This document shows, piece by piece, positions 47,943 through 57,847 of a stretch of DNA of 64,000 bases (position 1 is the stretch's first letter; every line of letters begins with the position of its first letter). The notes under the pieces were generated by a model. It saw only the letters and a program-made list of their open reading frames with translations. It was not told where the DNA came from and did not search any database. A program made the position numbers and the translations under genes. This stretch comes from a virus (lineage: Duplodnaviria; Caudoviricetes), in the IMG/VR virus record IMGVR_UViG_3300042997_001039, positions 1 to 64,000 of that record. The stretch is one strand, 5' to 3'.

Positions 47943-48904
47943 TGCTAGATATTGTACAATACCTTCCAGGAAAACGCAAACAATCGAGTTCGGGCTGGAT
48001 CAGCTTTAACGGACCTTGTTGCATTCATAACGGCGAAAGTCAGGATCGACGTCAACGTGGAGGCCTTCTAAGTAGTTCTGAAGGATGGAGCTACCACTGT
48101 TTCAATTGTAATTTTACAGCCAGCTTTATTTTGGGACGCAATCTCAGCTTCAAAGCACGTAAGTTGTTGGGGTGGTTAAATGTACCAAAAGAAGAAATAG
48201 AACGTATCAATTTAGAAAGCTTGAAACATCGCAGCATTGCAGGTCTATTAGATGATAGGCAACGTACCGCTGCTGCCATACAAGATATACGATTTGAAGA
48301 ACATGACATAGGCGGCGTCGAATTTGTAACACCGGAACATACTGATATTTGGAATTACTTGCGACGTAGACATGCACCCATAGATTATCCTTTTATGGTT
48401 AGTGCAACCCTAAATTCAAGACCCGGAGTAATTATTCCATTTACCTATGACAATATAGTAGTAGGACGAACAACTAGATTCTTAGATGATCGTAAACCGG
48501 TATGGTTAAATGACTTTCAACCTGGATATGTATTTGGTACTGATTTACAGCATGCTAATTGGCAACATGTAATTGTAACCGAAGGTATATTTGACGCATT
48601 GTCGATTAGCGGGCTTGCACTCATGCACAATACAGTAAGTGATGCACAAGCAAGATTGATACGTACCTTGGGTCGAGAAATAACTGTAGTGCCAGATCAA
48701 GATCAACCTGGTATGGAGTTGGTAGAACGTGCCTTGGAGCTGGGTTGGGCAGTCAGCATGCCTGAGTGGGAAGGCTGTAAGGATGTAAACGATGCTGTAA
48801 TCAAATATGGTCGCTTGGCAACTTTGCTAACTATAATGCAATCAAGGGAAACCAGCCGAATCAAAATAGAAATGCGGAGAAAACAAGTTGTTAAAAGAAT
48901 ATAA
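47942..48904 (+). CDS. DNA primase (Zn-binding plus TOPRIM)
   Basis: CC.H...D...RGG, YHCFNC, VTEGIFDA, VPDQD..G and KDVND. Confidence 0.92.
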   Translation: MLDIVQYLPGKRKQSSSGWISFNGPCCIHNGESQDRRQRGGLLSSSEGWSYHCFNCNFTASFILGRNLSFKARKLLGWLNVPKEEIERINLESLKHRSIAGLLDDRQRTAAAIQDIRFEEHDIGGVEFVTPEHTDIWNYLRRRHAPIDYPFMVSATLNSRPGVIIPFTYDNIVVGRTTRFLDDRKPVWLNDFQPGYVFGTDLQHANWQHVIVTEGIFDALSISGLALMHNTVSDAQARLIRTLGREITVVPDQDQPGMELVERALELGWAVSMPEWEGCKDVNDAVIKYGRLATLLTIMQSRETSRIKIEMRRKQVVKRI

Positions 48905-50273
48905 TGTAGATGTTCAGCGTTTGTTTTTGGAAATGATGTTGTGTGACGCACAGAGTTATGTGCGTGTGCAGAACATTTATAATCCTGAAAACTTTGATCG
49001 CAATCTTAGAGCAGCCGCTGAGTTTATCAAGGAACATTGTGAACAACATCATACCATGCCAGATCGAGCACAGATATCTGCAACCACAGGCATAGCATTA
49101 CAAGACATTCCAGACTTAAACGACGGACACTTTGATTGGTTTTTGGAGGAATTCGAAGCGTTTACTCGTAGACAAGAACTAGAACGTGCAATTTTGAAGT
49201 CTGCAGACCTGTTGGAGAAAGGCGAGTTTGATCCAGTTGAAAAACTAATCAAGGACGCAGTACAGATATCCTTAACCAAGGATATGGGCACTGATTACTT
49301 TGGCAGCCCGGGAGAACGTATTAACCGATACTTTAATTCTGGTGGACAAGTGTCAACAGGTTGGCCGCAAATGGATCGATTGTTGTACGGTGGATTCAGC
49401 AGAGGTGAACTCAACATCTTTGCTGGTGGTTCTGGATCAGGTAAGAGCTTGGTCATGATGAATATTGCACTCAACTGGTTACAACAAGGACTCAGCGGTG
49501 TTTATATATCGTTAGAATTGAGCGAAGAACTGTGTGCTCTTCGTACAGATGCCATGTTGACCAGCATGAGTACCAAGGACATTCGCAAAGACATATCGAC
49601 TACTGAACTCAAAGTCAAGATGATGGGCAAGAAAGCGGGCGAATATCGTATCAAGGCATTTCCAGCACAAAGCACAGTAAACGACATTAGAAGTTACATT
49701 AAAGAAGTACAGATACAGACTGGTATTAAGATTGACTTTGTTATGGTTGACTACTTGGATTTGTTGATGCCGGTCAGTGCCAAGGTCAGTCCCAACGACT
49801 TGTTTGTCAAAGACAAGTATGTGTCGGAAGAACTGCGTAACTTGGCCAAAGAATTGGGCGTGTTGTTTGTGACAGCAAGCCAGTTGAATAGATCAGCAGT
49901 GGAAGAAATTGAATTTGACCACAGTCATATATCGGGTGGTATTAGTAAGATCAACACAGCCGACAACGTGTTTGGTATCTTTACTAGTCGAGCAATGCGT
50001 GAACGTGGCCGTTATCAAATACAATGTATGAAGTCACGTAGCTCAACAGGCGTAGGACAGAAGATTGAACTGGAATACAACATTGAAACCATGCGTATTA
50101 CAGATCCCGGTGAGGATATGACCAGTCAAGGTCCCAAGCCCAGTATTATGGATTCTATTAAATCTCGTAGTGATGTTACTCAATCTGACAGCCAAGAAGA
50201 CATACCCCGGGTCACAGCTGACATACAGAGCAGCAAGCTAAAACAATTGCTCGGACAAATAAAAACAACTTAA
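48888..50273 (+). CDS. Replicative DnaB-like helicase (gp41-like)
   Basis: GGSGSGKS, ISLELSE, VDYLDL, TASQLNR, GGISK and KSR. TTG start with SD GGAG. Confidence 0.93.
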   Translation: MLKEYNVDVQRLFLEMMLCDAQSYVRVQNIYNPENFDRNLRAAAEFIKEHCEQHHTMPDRAQISATTGIALQDIPDLNDGHFDWFLEEFEAFTRRQELERAILKSADLLEKGEFDPVEKLIKDAVQISLTKDMGTDYFGSPGERINRYFNSGGQVSTGWPQMDRLLYGGFSRGELNIFAGGSGSGKSLVMMNIALNWLQQGLSGVYISLELSEELCALRTDAMLTSMSTKDIRKDISTTELKVKMMGKKAGEYRIKAFPAQSTVNDIRSYIKEVQIQTGIKIDFVMVDYLDLLMPVSAKVSPNDLFVKDKYVSEELRNLAKELGVLFVTASQLNRSAVEEIEFDHSHISGGISKINTADNVFGIFTSRAMRERGRYQIQCMKSRSSTGVGQKIELEYNIETMRITDPGEDMTSQGPKPSIMDSIKSRSDVTQSDSQEDIPRVTADIQSSKLKQLLGQIKTT

Positions 50274-50278
50274 CATGT

Positions 50279-51421
50279 ATGAAAGATAAAAAATATTTTT
50301 GTTACGAAATTTACAAAAATCTTGCCATAGCGTCTGATCCATCCGGAAAGGTGGGATACAGTCCTTGCTCTTACTATCGAGGTTTTATTAAAGTTTCAGA
50401 CGATATTGATATTTCTAAAATTTGGAACAGCCAGGAACATGTAGCGTTAAAACAATCAGTAGAAAATGATCAGCCAATACCTGGTTGTGCCAGCTGTTAT
50501 CAAGAAGAAGCTGCTGGCTTAAAAAGCAGAAGGATGGGCTCAAAAGAATTTTATGAGATTTTTCAAAACAATACCGATATCGACATTTCAGGTCCTCAGG
50601 GATTGGATTATAGGGTGGGTAATTTGTGTAATCTTAAATGTGTTATATGTGGCCCTAGTAATAGCACGTCGTGGATTCCGGACTACTCACGCATATACCC
50701 AGACCGATCAGTAGAGATTTTTAAGCATCGAAAAAACGAACAGATTTTTTTATCCGATCCCAAAGTAGTTGAAAATATTAATATTGTGCATTTACACGGT
50801 GGTGGTGAACCGCTAATGAGCAATGCCCATATAAAGTTACTAGAACTAATACGCGATACAAAAGGATTATCGGATGTACGTATCTTATACAATACCAATG
50901 GCACGATCAGGGCTAGTGATCAGGTACTTGAATTATGGAGTCAATGCCGGTTAATAGAATTGTATTTTAGTATAGACGATGTTGGATCAAGATTTGAATA
51001 CCAACGCACTGGTGCTAAATGGACAGAGATAGAAGATAATATTTCTTGGTACAAACAGAAAATGCCGCACAATCATATGTTTAACATCAATTGCACATGG
51101 GGATATTTGAATTTTTATTATCTGCCGGACTTAGTAGATTGGTATAATAAAAACTTTTCTACTAATAGATATGGGGATCCAGTTAACCTTATCTTTCAAA
51201 AGGCCCTGGGGCAATTTTGTTTATCTTACATATCATCAACTATGTTACAAATGTTTAAAAAAAGATTTGCCAATTATCCGACCCTACTGCCTTTGCTATA
51301 TTCATTGAGTATAGATAACAGTAAGGATCATTCTGAATTTTGGAATTCCATACAAAATATCGATAAGATAAGAAAACAAGATTTTAAAAATCTTCACTCT
51401 GAATGGAGTCAATTACTATGA
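50279..51421 (+). CDS. Radical SAM protein with an N-terminal Cys-rich (Twitch-like) domain
   Basis: CNLKCVIC (CxxxCxxC), GGGEP, YNTNGT, SID and N-terminal PC...C.SC. Confidence 0.92.
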   Translation: MKDKKYFCYEIYKNLAIASDPSGKVGYSPCSYYRGFIKVSDDIDISKIWNSQEHVALKQSVENDQPIPGCASCYQEEAAGLKSRRMGSKEFYEIFQNNTDIDISGPQGLDYRVGNLCNLKCVICGPSNSTSWIPDYSRIYPDRSVEIFKHRKNEQIFLSDPKVVENINIVHLHGGGEPLMSNAHIKLLELIRDTKGLSDVRILYNTNGTIRASDQVLELWSQCRLIELYFSIDDVGSRFEYQRTGAKWTEIEDNISWYKQKMPHNHMFNINCTWGYLNFYYLPDLVDWYNKNFSTNRYGDPVNLIFQKALGQFCLSYISSTMLQMFKKRFANYPTLLPLLYSLSIDNSKDHSEFWNSIQNIDKIRKQDFKNLHSEWSQLL

Positions 51422-51942
51422 AGATATTATGTACAGGTAACCCTTCTCATAATACTATAGCTAGTGCTATACATCGGCTGTTTCCGTCTGCTGAATTTGC
51501 TAGTCGTGCTACCGGTTACGATCTTAGATTTTGGGATAAAGGAAGCGAAGATCATTTCCGTATGTGTATTAAAAACTATGATGTTTTCATCAACAGCTCT
51601 TATATTTGCAGTGGGGGTCAGTTAGCATTATTAGAAGCTACACACACCGAATGGGCATTAGCGGGCATACATGGTCATATTATTAATATTGGAAGTTCAG
51701 CAGAATGGGAAGGTATTAATACCAAATTTGATAGCTACAGTATACAAAAAAGAGGACTACGAGATCGTAGCTTACAGTTAAATGGCAAAAAATGCATAAA
51801 AACCTCTCATATTATTGCAGGTGGTCTTAACGACAAGTTACCAGGACACGAAAACTGGTTATCATTAGATGATATTGCTGACACCATACTTTGGATATTA
51901 CAAAATAAAGTACAGATACCGTTGCTGCAAATACAGACTTAG
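51418..51942 (+). CDS. Short-chain dehydrogenase/Rossmann-fold protein
   Basis: ILCTGN, DVFINSS, IINIGS and YxxxK (YSIQK). Start at 51418. Confidence 0.8.
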   Translation: MKILCTGNPSHNTIASAIHRLFPSAEFASRATGYDLRFWDKGSEDHFRMCIKNYDVFINSSYICSGGQLALLEATHTEWALAGIHGHIINIGSSAEWEGINTKFDSYSIQKRGLRDRSLQLNGKKCIKTSHIIAGGLNDKLPGHENWLSLDDIADTILWILQNKVQIPLLQIQT

Positions 51943-51992
51943 TAGTAAAGTCTAAATAATTATTATAATAAATACTCAAAGAGATTATTTTT

Positions 51993-52250
51993 ATGCAAAA
52001 ACATACACGCAGTATCTTGGAAGAACTAGATACGATCTATCAAGATCGCTTTCAGGATCGAGACCGCCGCTACATTGTAGAAAGTCGTGCCACTAATGTG
52101 ATTGCCAGCGCCATTAGATTAATCGAACAGATTGAATCTGCTTATCCTCCGGATCAAGCAGATAATTTAGTAAGAAAACTTTTGAATGCAATTCGTGACA
52201 AAGATCCTAAAAAATTTACAAGAACCGTGAGAAGAACTGATGCAGATTAA
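51993..52250 (+). CDS. Conserved hypothetical protein
   Basis: 85 aa, late promoter at 51969-51974, coupled to the next gene. Confidence 0.7.
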   Translation: MQKHTRSILEELDTIYQDRFQDRDRRYIVESRATNVIASAIRLIEQIESAYPPDQADNLVRKLLNAIRDKDPKKFTRTVRRTDAD

Positions 52251-54141
52251 CGAAGGCGGTAATGTATTCAAAGATACAGCCGGTAATCCACTCACCCAGC
52301 GTATTGCTCAAGCTGATGTCATGCCCACTGCTCAATGGCTAGAGAAGATTACTGGCCTTGACCTCACTAAAGACAAAGACAAGCGTGATGGCAAGCCAAT
52401 TCGATGGCTAGGATCGACTGGCCGCAAGGCTGATTCAGGCGATCTAGACATGAGTGTTGATGCTGGCGAAATGACAAAAGATCAGTTGGTCGCAGTGTTA
52501 GCACAATGGGCCAAGAGTAAAGGTGTGGATCCTGCCAAATACATCAAAAAATCAGGCTCTGCTGTGCACTTTTTTACTGCCATCAATGGCGACCCTAAGA
52601 ATGGATTTGTACAAACAGACTTTATGTTTAGTAATAAACCAAGATGGACACAATTTGTATTAAGCAGCGATCCTCGTAGCAAATATAAAGGTGCACTGCG
52701 CAACATCATGATGAACAGTATGGCCAAGGCCTTGGGATACAAGTTGAATCAAAACGACGGTATTATGGATCGTGCTACCAATGAGTTGATCACAGACGAT
52801 CCTGCTCAGGTAGCTCAAATGCTACTAAATCCCAATGCCACAGTGGCTGATCTTTACAGCGTAGAAGCCATCCTAAAATCATTGGAAGCAGACCCAAAAC
52901 GTGCTACCAAGATTGCCGACTTTAAAGCACACATGGATCGCGAAGGCATACAGTTCGACGAAGGCATCTACGAAACAACAGAACTCTACACTGAATATAA
53001 CGAAGTCAGCATCATGGCCCGTTTACGTGATCGCATTGTAAATCAAGGTATGCAGGTCATTGTGGAAGGTGTGCGTATTGAGCACCCCGAGGACATGATA
53101 TTTGATCAGCGTCCCAGTGCTGGTCTCAAGCAAGCACTAGATGGCATCGTAGCTGCTGCTCGGAATCCTAGTGAGACCACAGTTAAATGGGACGGAAAAC
53201 CAGCCATTATATTTGGCCGTAAACCCAACGGGGAATTTGTGCTGACTGATAAGTCGGGATTTGGTGCCAAAGGCTATGATGGATTGGCTACCAACCCAGA
53301 ACAGATTGCTAAAATTATGAATATGCGTGGTGGCGAGCGTGGCGAACTTATTGCTCTTTATCAACGATTGTTTCCTATGCTGCGTCGTGCAGTACCCGAA
53401 GACTTTCGCGGCTATGTTCAAGGCGACTTGTTGTACAGTGAAGCACCTGCGTTGAAGGGTGATAATTATGTATTCACACCCAATACTGTAACATATACAG
53501 TGCCGGCCAACACAGACCTGGGCCAAAAAATTTCACAAAGCACTGCAGCAGTGGCTATTCATACTGCATTGTCGGCTCCGGGTGCAGCACCTACACCTAT
53601 ACGTGCTGCTGCTTTAGAACCCAGTCCGGGACTGTTGATTTTGGATCCCAGTTTGAAAGAACCACGTGAGATCAAGTTAAACGCTGCCACTGTTAAAGAT
53701 GCTACCAGTCTGCTCACACAGTACGGTGCAGCAATGGATCGTTTGTTTAATCCCGCTGAACTGCGAGCACGTAAGATCAGCGATTTTCCTATCTTGATTA
53801 AAACCTACATCAACAGCCGTGTTCGCGGTGGCAGCTATGACAACTTGATCGGCGGATTTGGCGATTGGGTCAAACAAAAAGCACCAGCAAAAGCACCACG
53901 CATATTTGAATGGGCTACTGAAAACAAGCAGGCAGTGGCAGCACTATTTCAAGCATTCTTAGAAATATCCAGCCTTAAGAATCAAGTGGTCCGTCAGTTA
54001 GATGCACAAGCACACGATGTACAGGCCAGCATCAACAACGAACCTGGACACGAAGGCTATGTGGGCAACGGTATGAAGTTTGTGGATCGCATGCGTTTTA
54101 GTGCTGCAAACTTTGCCAAAAATAATCCTGAATTAGGATAG
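52240..54141 (+). CDS. Fusion of a Pol-beta-type nucleotidyltransferase and an RNA-ligase-like domain (DUF6267-like)
   Basis: N-terminal LGSTG...SGDLD...QTDFM; C-terminal VKWDG, QGDLLY, HEGYV and MKFV.R. Confidence 0.75.
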   Translation: MQINEGGNVFKDTAGNPLTQRIAQADVMPTAQWLEKITGLDLTKDKDKRDGKPIRWLGSTGRKADSGDLDMSVDAGEMTKDQLVAVLAQWAKSKGVDPAKYIKKSGSAVHFFTAINGDPKNGFVQTDFMFSNKPRWTQFVLSSDPRSKYKGALRNIMMNSMAKALGYKLNQNDGIMDRATNELITDDPAQVAQMLLNPNATVADLYSVEAILKSLEADPKRATKIADFKAHMDREGIQFDEGIYETTELYTEYNEVSIMARLRDRIVNQGMQVIVEGVRIEHPEDMIFDQRPSAGLKQALDGIVAAARNPSETTVKWDGKPAIIFGRKPNGEFVLTDKSGFGAKGYDGLATNPEQIAKIMNMRGGERGELIALYQRLFPMLRRAVPEDFRGYVQGDLLYSEAPALKGDNYVFTPNTVTYTVPANTDLGQKISQSTAAVAIHTALSAPGAAPTPIRAAALEPSPGLLILDPSLKEPREIKLNAATVKDATSLLTQYGAAMDRLFNPAELRARKISDFPILIKTYINSRVRGGSYDNLIGGFGDWVKQKAPAKAPRIFEWATENKQAVAALFQAFLEISSLKNQVVRQLDAQAHDVQASINNEPGHEGYVGNGMKFVDRMRFSAANFAKNNPELG

Positions 54142-54217
54142 GTACTGGCCGATTTCTGTCATTTGGTATAAATAAATGCAGGGACAAAACATTCCCACTT
54201 AACCAAGGAGCTTTAAA

Positions 54218-54685
54218 ATGGCATTTTTTCCACCAGCAAATGGCGATGCACAACCGGTATTCGCATTAGACTTAGCAAACGGCCCACAACAAGGCCAAAT
54301 CTCTTCAGCTGCACTAGTGCAGATGGCAGGTCCAAAACTGGACTTCTTCAGCGTTGTAGTTCAGAACGGTTCACAACAGAACATTGACTTGCAAAACCAG
54401 TTGGGTAACGTAACATCAGGCGTTTTCACACCAGGTGTTGTTGTTCAACTAAATCAAAGCATTCAAGAGACAGCCACCATTGCCATGTACCAGGTTGAAG
54501 CTGCTTCATCTGGTCTGATCAGCTACGCTGTATATCCAAGTGGTGCTTACACTGCTGCCACTCTGCAAGCTCAACTGCGTGCCTTGGGCAACATTCAGAT
54601 CACAGCCAGCGATGGTACAGTGACTGGTGTCAACGTTACAGGTACAGACGTTGTAAACGTAGGTTTCAAACTAGCTACCAGCTAA
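54218..54685 (+). CDS. Abundant small virion protein (decoration-type)
   Basis: TATAAATA at 54167-54174, strong SD AAGGAG, own terminator. Rich in A/G/T/V/Q. Confidence 0.65.
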   Translation: MAFFPPANGDAQPVFALDLANGPQQGQISSAALVQMAGPKLDFFSVVVQNGSQQNIDLQNQLGNVTSGVFTPGVVVQLNQSIQETATIAMYQVEAASSGLISYAVYPSGAYTAATLQAQLRALGNIQITASDGTVTGVNVTGTDVVNVGFKLATS

Positions 54686-54710
54686 TTTCGAGTCAGTTTA
54701 GTATAGACCC

Positions 54711-54741
54711 AAGCCCCGGATTTATTTTGGGGCTTTCTTTT
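54711..54741 (+). terminator. Rho-independent terminator
   Basis: AAGCCCCGGA-TTTAT-TTTGGGGCTT followed by TCTTTT. Confidence 0.75.
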
Positions 54742-54761
54742 GACCATTAAATACCTATACT

Positions 54762-55424
54762 ATGCAACCACTCAACCCAATTCCATTATGGCCTATCCTG
54801 ATGTATGATTTTCAGTGGGACGACCACGATCAATATCGAGACGAGATTGCCCAGGTATGTTACGACCTCGAAGAGAAGAAACATGTCAGTAATGTAGCAC
54901 CAGATGCCAAACGCGGCCTGTACGAAAGCGGATTTGACTTTGTATCTACAGATTCGCCTGCTGTGCTGGCATTCAGTCACTGGGCCAAACAGTGTATGTT
55001 TCGTGCTGCCGCCAATGCCAACAAGGCCTATTGGCCCCCAGGTATGAATGTCACAGTAGAGATACACGAATCCTGGTGCCACATCACACGTGATGGTGGC
55101 TATCATGACATGCATGCTCATCCTGGTAGTTCTTGGTCTGCTATCTATTACGTAGACACCGGAGACATGGGTGCTGCTGAAGATAAAAATGGTGTCAACA
55201 GATTTTACAACCCCAATAATTGTGCCTATGCAGATGCAGGAATGGCCTGGACCAATCGCAACACCAGCATTGACTTCAGAGCTGAACCTGGTATGATGGT
55301 TGTTTTCCCCAGTTGGCTACAACATTCTGCTGTGGTTTATCGCGGCACCAAGGATCGTATTGTGATTGCGTTGAATTGCAGAATTACTCGGTCTGATATG
55401 TCACAGGTGTCGATATCAACATGA
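54762..55424 (+). CDS. 2OG-Fe(II) oxygenase (TIGR02466-like)
   Basis: W......GG.H.MH.H, WSAIYYV, FPSWLQH.A and R.VIA.N. Confidence 0.88.
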   Translation: MQPLNPIPLWPILMYDFQWDDHDQYRDEIAQVCYDLEEKKHVSNVAPDAKRGLYESGFDFVSTDSPAVLAFSHWAKQCMFRAAANANKAYWPPGMNVTVEIHESWCHITRDGGYHDMHAHPGSSWSAIYYVDTGDMGAAEDKNGVNRFYNPNNCAYADAGMAWTNRNTSIDFRAEPGMMVVFPSWLQHSAVVYRGTKDRIVIALNCRITRSDMSQVSIST

Positions 55425-55861
55425 CTTTACGAATAAAATGCACCACACGCTTTGACATCACAGAAACTGGCATACGTAATCGTGTGTTCAGATCAAACAT
55501 GCCATTCCGGGACAAAACTGGACGAACAATTGTAACACAAGCAGAATGGCAACAAGCTAGAAATCAACAAGCTAATTGGGAAACTGTGAATCAAGTGATC
55601 AGTTTGCGTACACTGCCTGAGCGTATATCAGCTCCGATGGCAGATTCTGCTGCTGCAACTTGGTCATTTGAATTTGACGTAGTTGACCCTGGTTCTATTG
55701 CTCATAACAACGACCCTGTGGGTTATCTAATAGCTGACTGCAACGGGGTTCCGATGATAACTGGACTTGGAGAATCTTCTGATAATGCTGCATTTTTATC
55801 CAGCCAAGACACAGCAGCCAATATTTGGTTTGATGTTGTTCAACAGATTGACCATAAATAA
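55421..55861 (+). CDS. Hypothetical protein
   Basis: 146 aa, with RNQQANWETV.Q.ISLR. Confidence 0.65.
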   Translation: MTLRIKCTTRFDITETGIRNRVFRSNMPFRDKTGRTIVTQAEWQQARNQQANWETVNQVISLRTLPERISAPMADSAAATWSFEFDVVDPGSIAHNNDPVGYLIADCNGVPMITGLGESSDNAAFLSSQDTAANIWFDVVQQIDHK

Positions 55862-55879
55862 TCTGTCTAAGGATACATT

Positions 55880-56143
55880 ATGGTTGATACTACTGATATC
55901 GAAAAAAAGAGTTTGGAAGCACACGTGGAATTGTGTGCTGAACGTTATCGATTTCTAGAAAATAAGTTGGAGACAGTGGAAGCCACTGTCAGTAACGTCA
56001 ATGAAATGGTTGTTGATATTCGAGACATGATGGATAAAATAGTAGACAAACGTAATAATCAGATAATCAACTGGGGCACTGCTATTATAGGCAGCCTAGT
56101 AGCTTCTATTGTGTACCTTGTGATGCAATACGTGATCAAATGA
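55880..56143 (+). CDS. Coiled-coil protein with a C-terminal transmembrane helix (XhlA/holin-like)
   Basis: LEAHVELCAERY coiled coil, then a hydrophobic C-terminal helix. Confidence 0.65.
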   Translation: MVDTTDIEKKSLEAHVELCAERYRFLENKLETVEATVSNVNEMVVDIRDMMDKIVDKRNNQIINWGTAIIGSLVASIVYLVMQYVIK

Positions 56144-56643
56144 AAAAACAAGAAAAGATTCTACAAAAGCTACAACAAATTGTTGAGCCAGAATATAACC
56201 AGCTTAAATCTAATATGATTATAGCTCAAAACAATCAATATCATGTGTTTGATCGATATACTATAGAAAAATCTGCTGACAACACTTATTCAGTTGCAAG
56301 ACAACGTTATGTAGACAAAATTTTCTCTACATTGCCAGTAGCCCTGAGTTGGTGTATTGCAGACAAGATTCGAAACAGTCGATTGGCTTATGCTTTACAA
56401 AATTTAGATCAAGAGCGTTTAAGAATTGCTGCAGATGTGTTTGTTAGAGAATCCTTGTTAAAACAAATAAAAGACCCTGAACGCAGAGAAATAACATATA
56501 TTAAAATTACAGCCAAAAAACAAGGTCTTAGAGCTGTAGAAAATCGTCTTGCCAAATGTGTTAGTTTGGCTAAATACTATCAGATACGAGGATTCAACCG
56601 CGATGAAACTGCACGAACTAGACACACTCAAACAACAAGATAA
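56140..56643 (+). CDS. Hypothetical protein
   Basis: 167 aa, basic and helical. Confidence 0.6.
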   Translation: MKKQEKILQKLQQIVEPEYNQLKSNMIIAQNNQYHVFDRYTIEKSADNTYSVARQRYVDKIFSTLPVALSWCIADKIRNSRLAYALQNLDQERLRIAADVFVRESLLKQIKDPERREITYIKITAKKQGLRAVENRLAKCVSLAKYYQIRGFNRDETARTRHTQTTR

Positions 56644-57847
56644 AGCAGCACAAGTATTGGAACAACGATTGGGTCAATCCGTTTCGTTTTCAAATCTTAG
56701 TCTGCGTGAATCACGTCACATGCTACTGCGTGTACGTGGCTTAATTAACGAACACAGAGCCAGTGCTGCGTCACATTCAAGCGAACGTGATCCTGCTTAT
56801 CTCAAGTTAATTATGCTGGAATCAGGACTTAAAGGTCGGCTGAAAGAAGGTGCACCTCCTACAGTATTACCTTCTGATCAGAAATACACACAAGCATTAA
56901 GCCGAGTATATGGTCAACAGATAGTAAATAATCCTAAGTTCTCTGACTTGCTTGCCAGATTAAAGCGAGCAACTCCAAATGAACGAGAATTAGATATTAT
57001 TATCAAAACTGGTACATTACCAAATCATCTTGAAGAAATTGCTACTACTATGCCTGGGCAAGCACCTGTTGCCGGAACGATGCCTGCTACTGGCACTGTT
57101 GCAGCAAAGCCAGGACAACCAGTTGCTGCACCTGTAAATCTTAAAGATCCAAAACTTGTTGCTGCTACTAAAAAAGCACAATCGGGTCAAACACTGAATC
57201 CTCAGGAAAAAGAAATGATGGCTGCTGCTGGTGCTGCTGCTGTGGCTATGCAGAAAGAATCGCAACAAGCCCGCCGTAGACTGCGAGAAAGCGAAATACA
57301 ACAGGCCCAGGTTGTGTTGGCTGCTCAAGATATGGTTGATCAAATCCAAAAAATGCTTGAGCAGATTTCTGCTATGCAGTTTAAAGATTTGCCAGCTCTG
57401 ACAGATTCAATCAAGAACGACATGGGTGTTGATCAAGCCACTGCTTATCAATCAGCTGCTGCTGCCGCACTAACACAATTGTTGGCAGGTGTACAACAAG
57501 GCAAGACAGCCTTAGAAGGTGCACAAGGTACACTAACAGGCCAAGCTCCGGTGGTACCTGGTACAGAACCTGCTGCCGACATGGGCGCAGATTTAAATGC
57601 AGAACCGGATGTAGATGTAGATGTTGACGCAGAAATTACACCTGCTGACGACGAAGAACCAACACCGTTGGGTGCTCCTGAAACATTAGGTCGCGAACGC
57701 CGTGTTGCTGAGGCCGCCAAGAAAGGCAAGCCAGATTTCCTGGATCTTGACAAAGACGGCAACAAAAAAGAAACAATGAAATCGGCTGCGGCTGACAAAA
57801 AAGCAGGACCGAAGAAAGGTGTTAATCCTTTTGCCAAATCAAAATAA
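56603..57847 (+). CDS. Probable prohead scaffold/core protein
   Basis: Starts MKLHE|L, coiled coils, LRE|SE junctions and a DLDKDGN motif. Late promoter at 56571-56576. Confidence 0.6.
   Translation: MKLHELDTLKQQDKAAQVLEQRLGQSVSFSNLSLRESRHMLLRVRGLINEHRASAASHSSERDPAYLKLIMLESGLKGRLKEGAPPTVLPSDQKYTQALSRVYGQQIVNNPKFSDLLARLKRATPNERELDIIIKTGTLPNHLEEIATTMPGQAPVAGTMPATGTVAAKPGQPVAAPVNLKDPKLVAATKKAQSGQTLNPQEKEMMAAAGAAAVAMQKESQQARRRLRESEIQQAQVVLAAQDMVDQIQKMLEQISAMQFKDLPALTDSIKNDMGVDQATAYQSAAAAALTQLLAGVQQGKTALEGAQGTLTGQAPVVPGTEPAADMGADLNAEPDVDVDVDAEITPADDEEPTPLGAPETLGRERRVAEAAKKGKPDFLDLDKDGNKKETMKSAAADKKAGPKKGVNPFAKSK

Noticed and set aside
16205-50273. Inteins or introns in terL, uvsX, uvsW or the helicase
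   Set aside because: Lengths and motif spacing are normal, with no C-x-Hint/LAGLIDADG insertions or interrupted frames.
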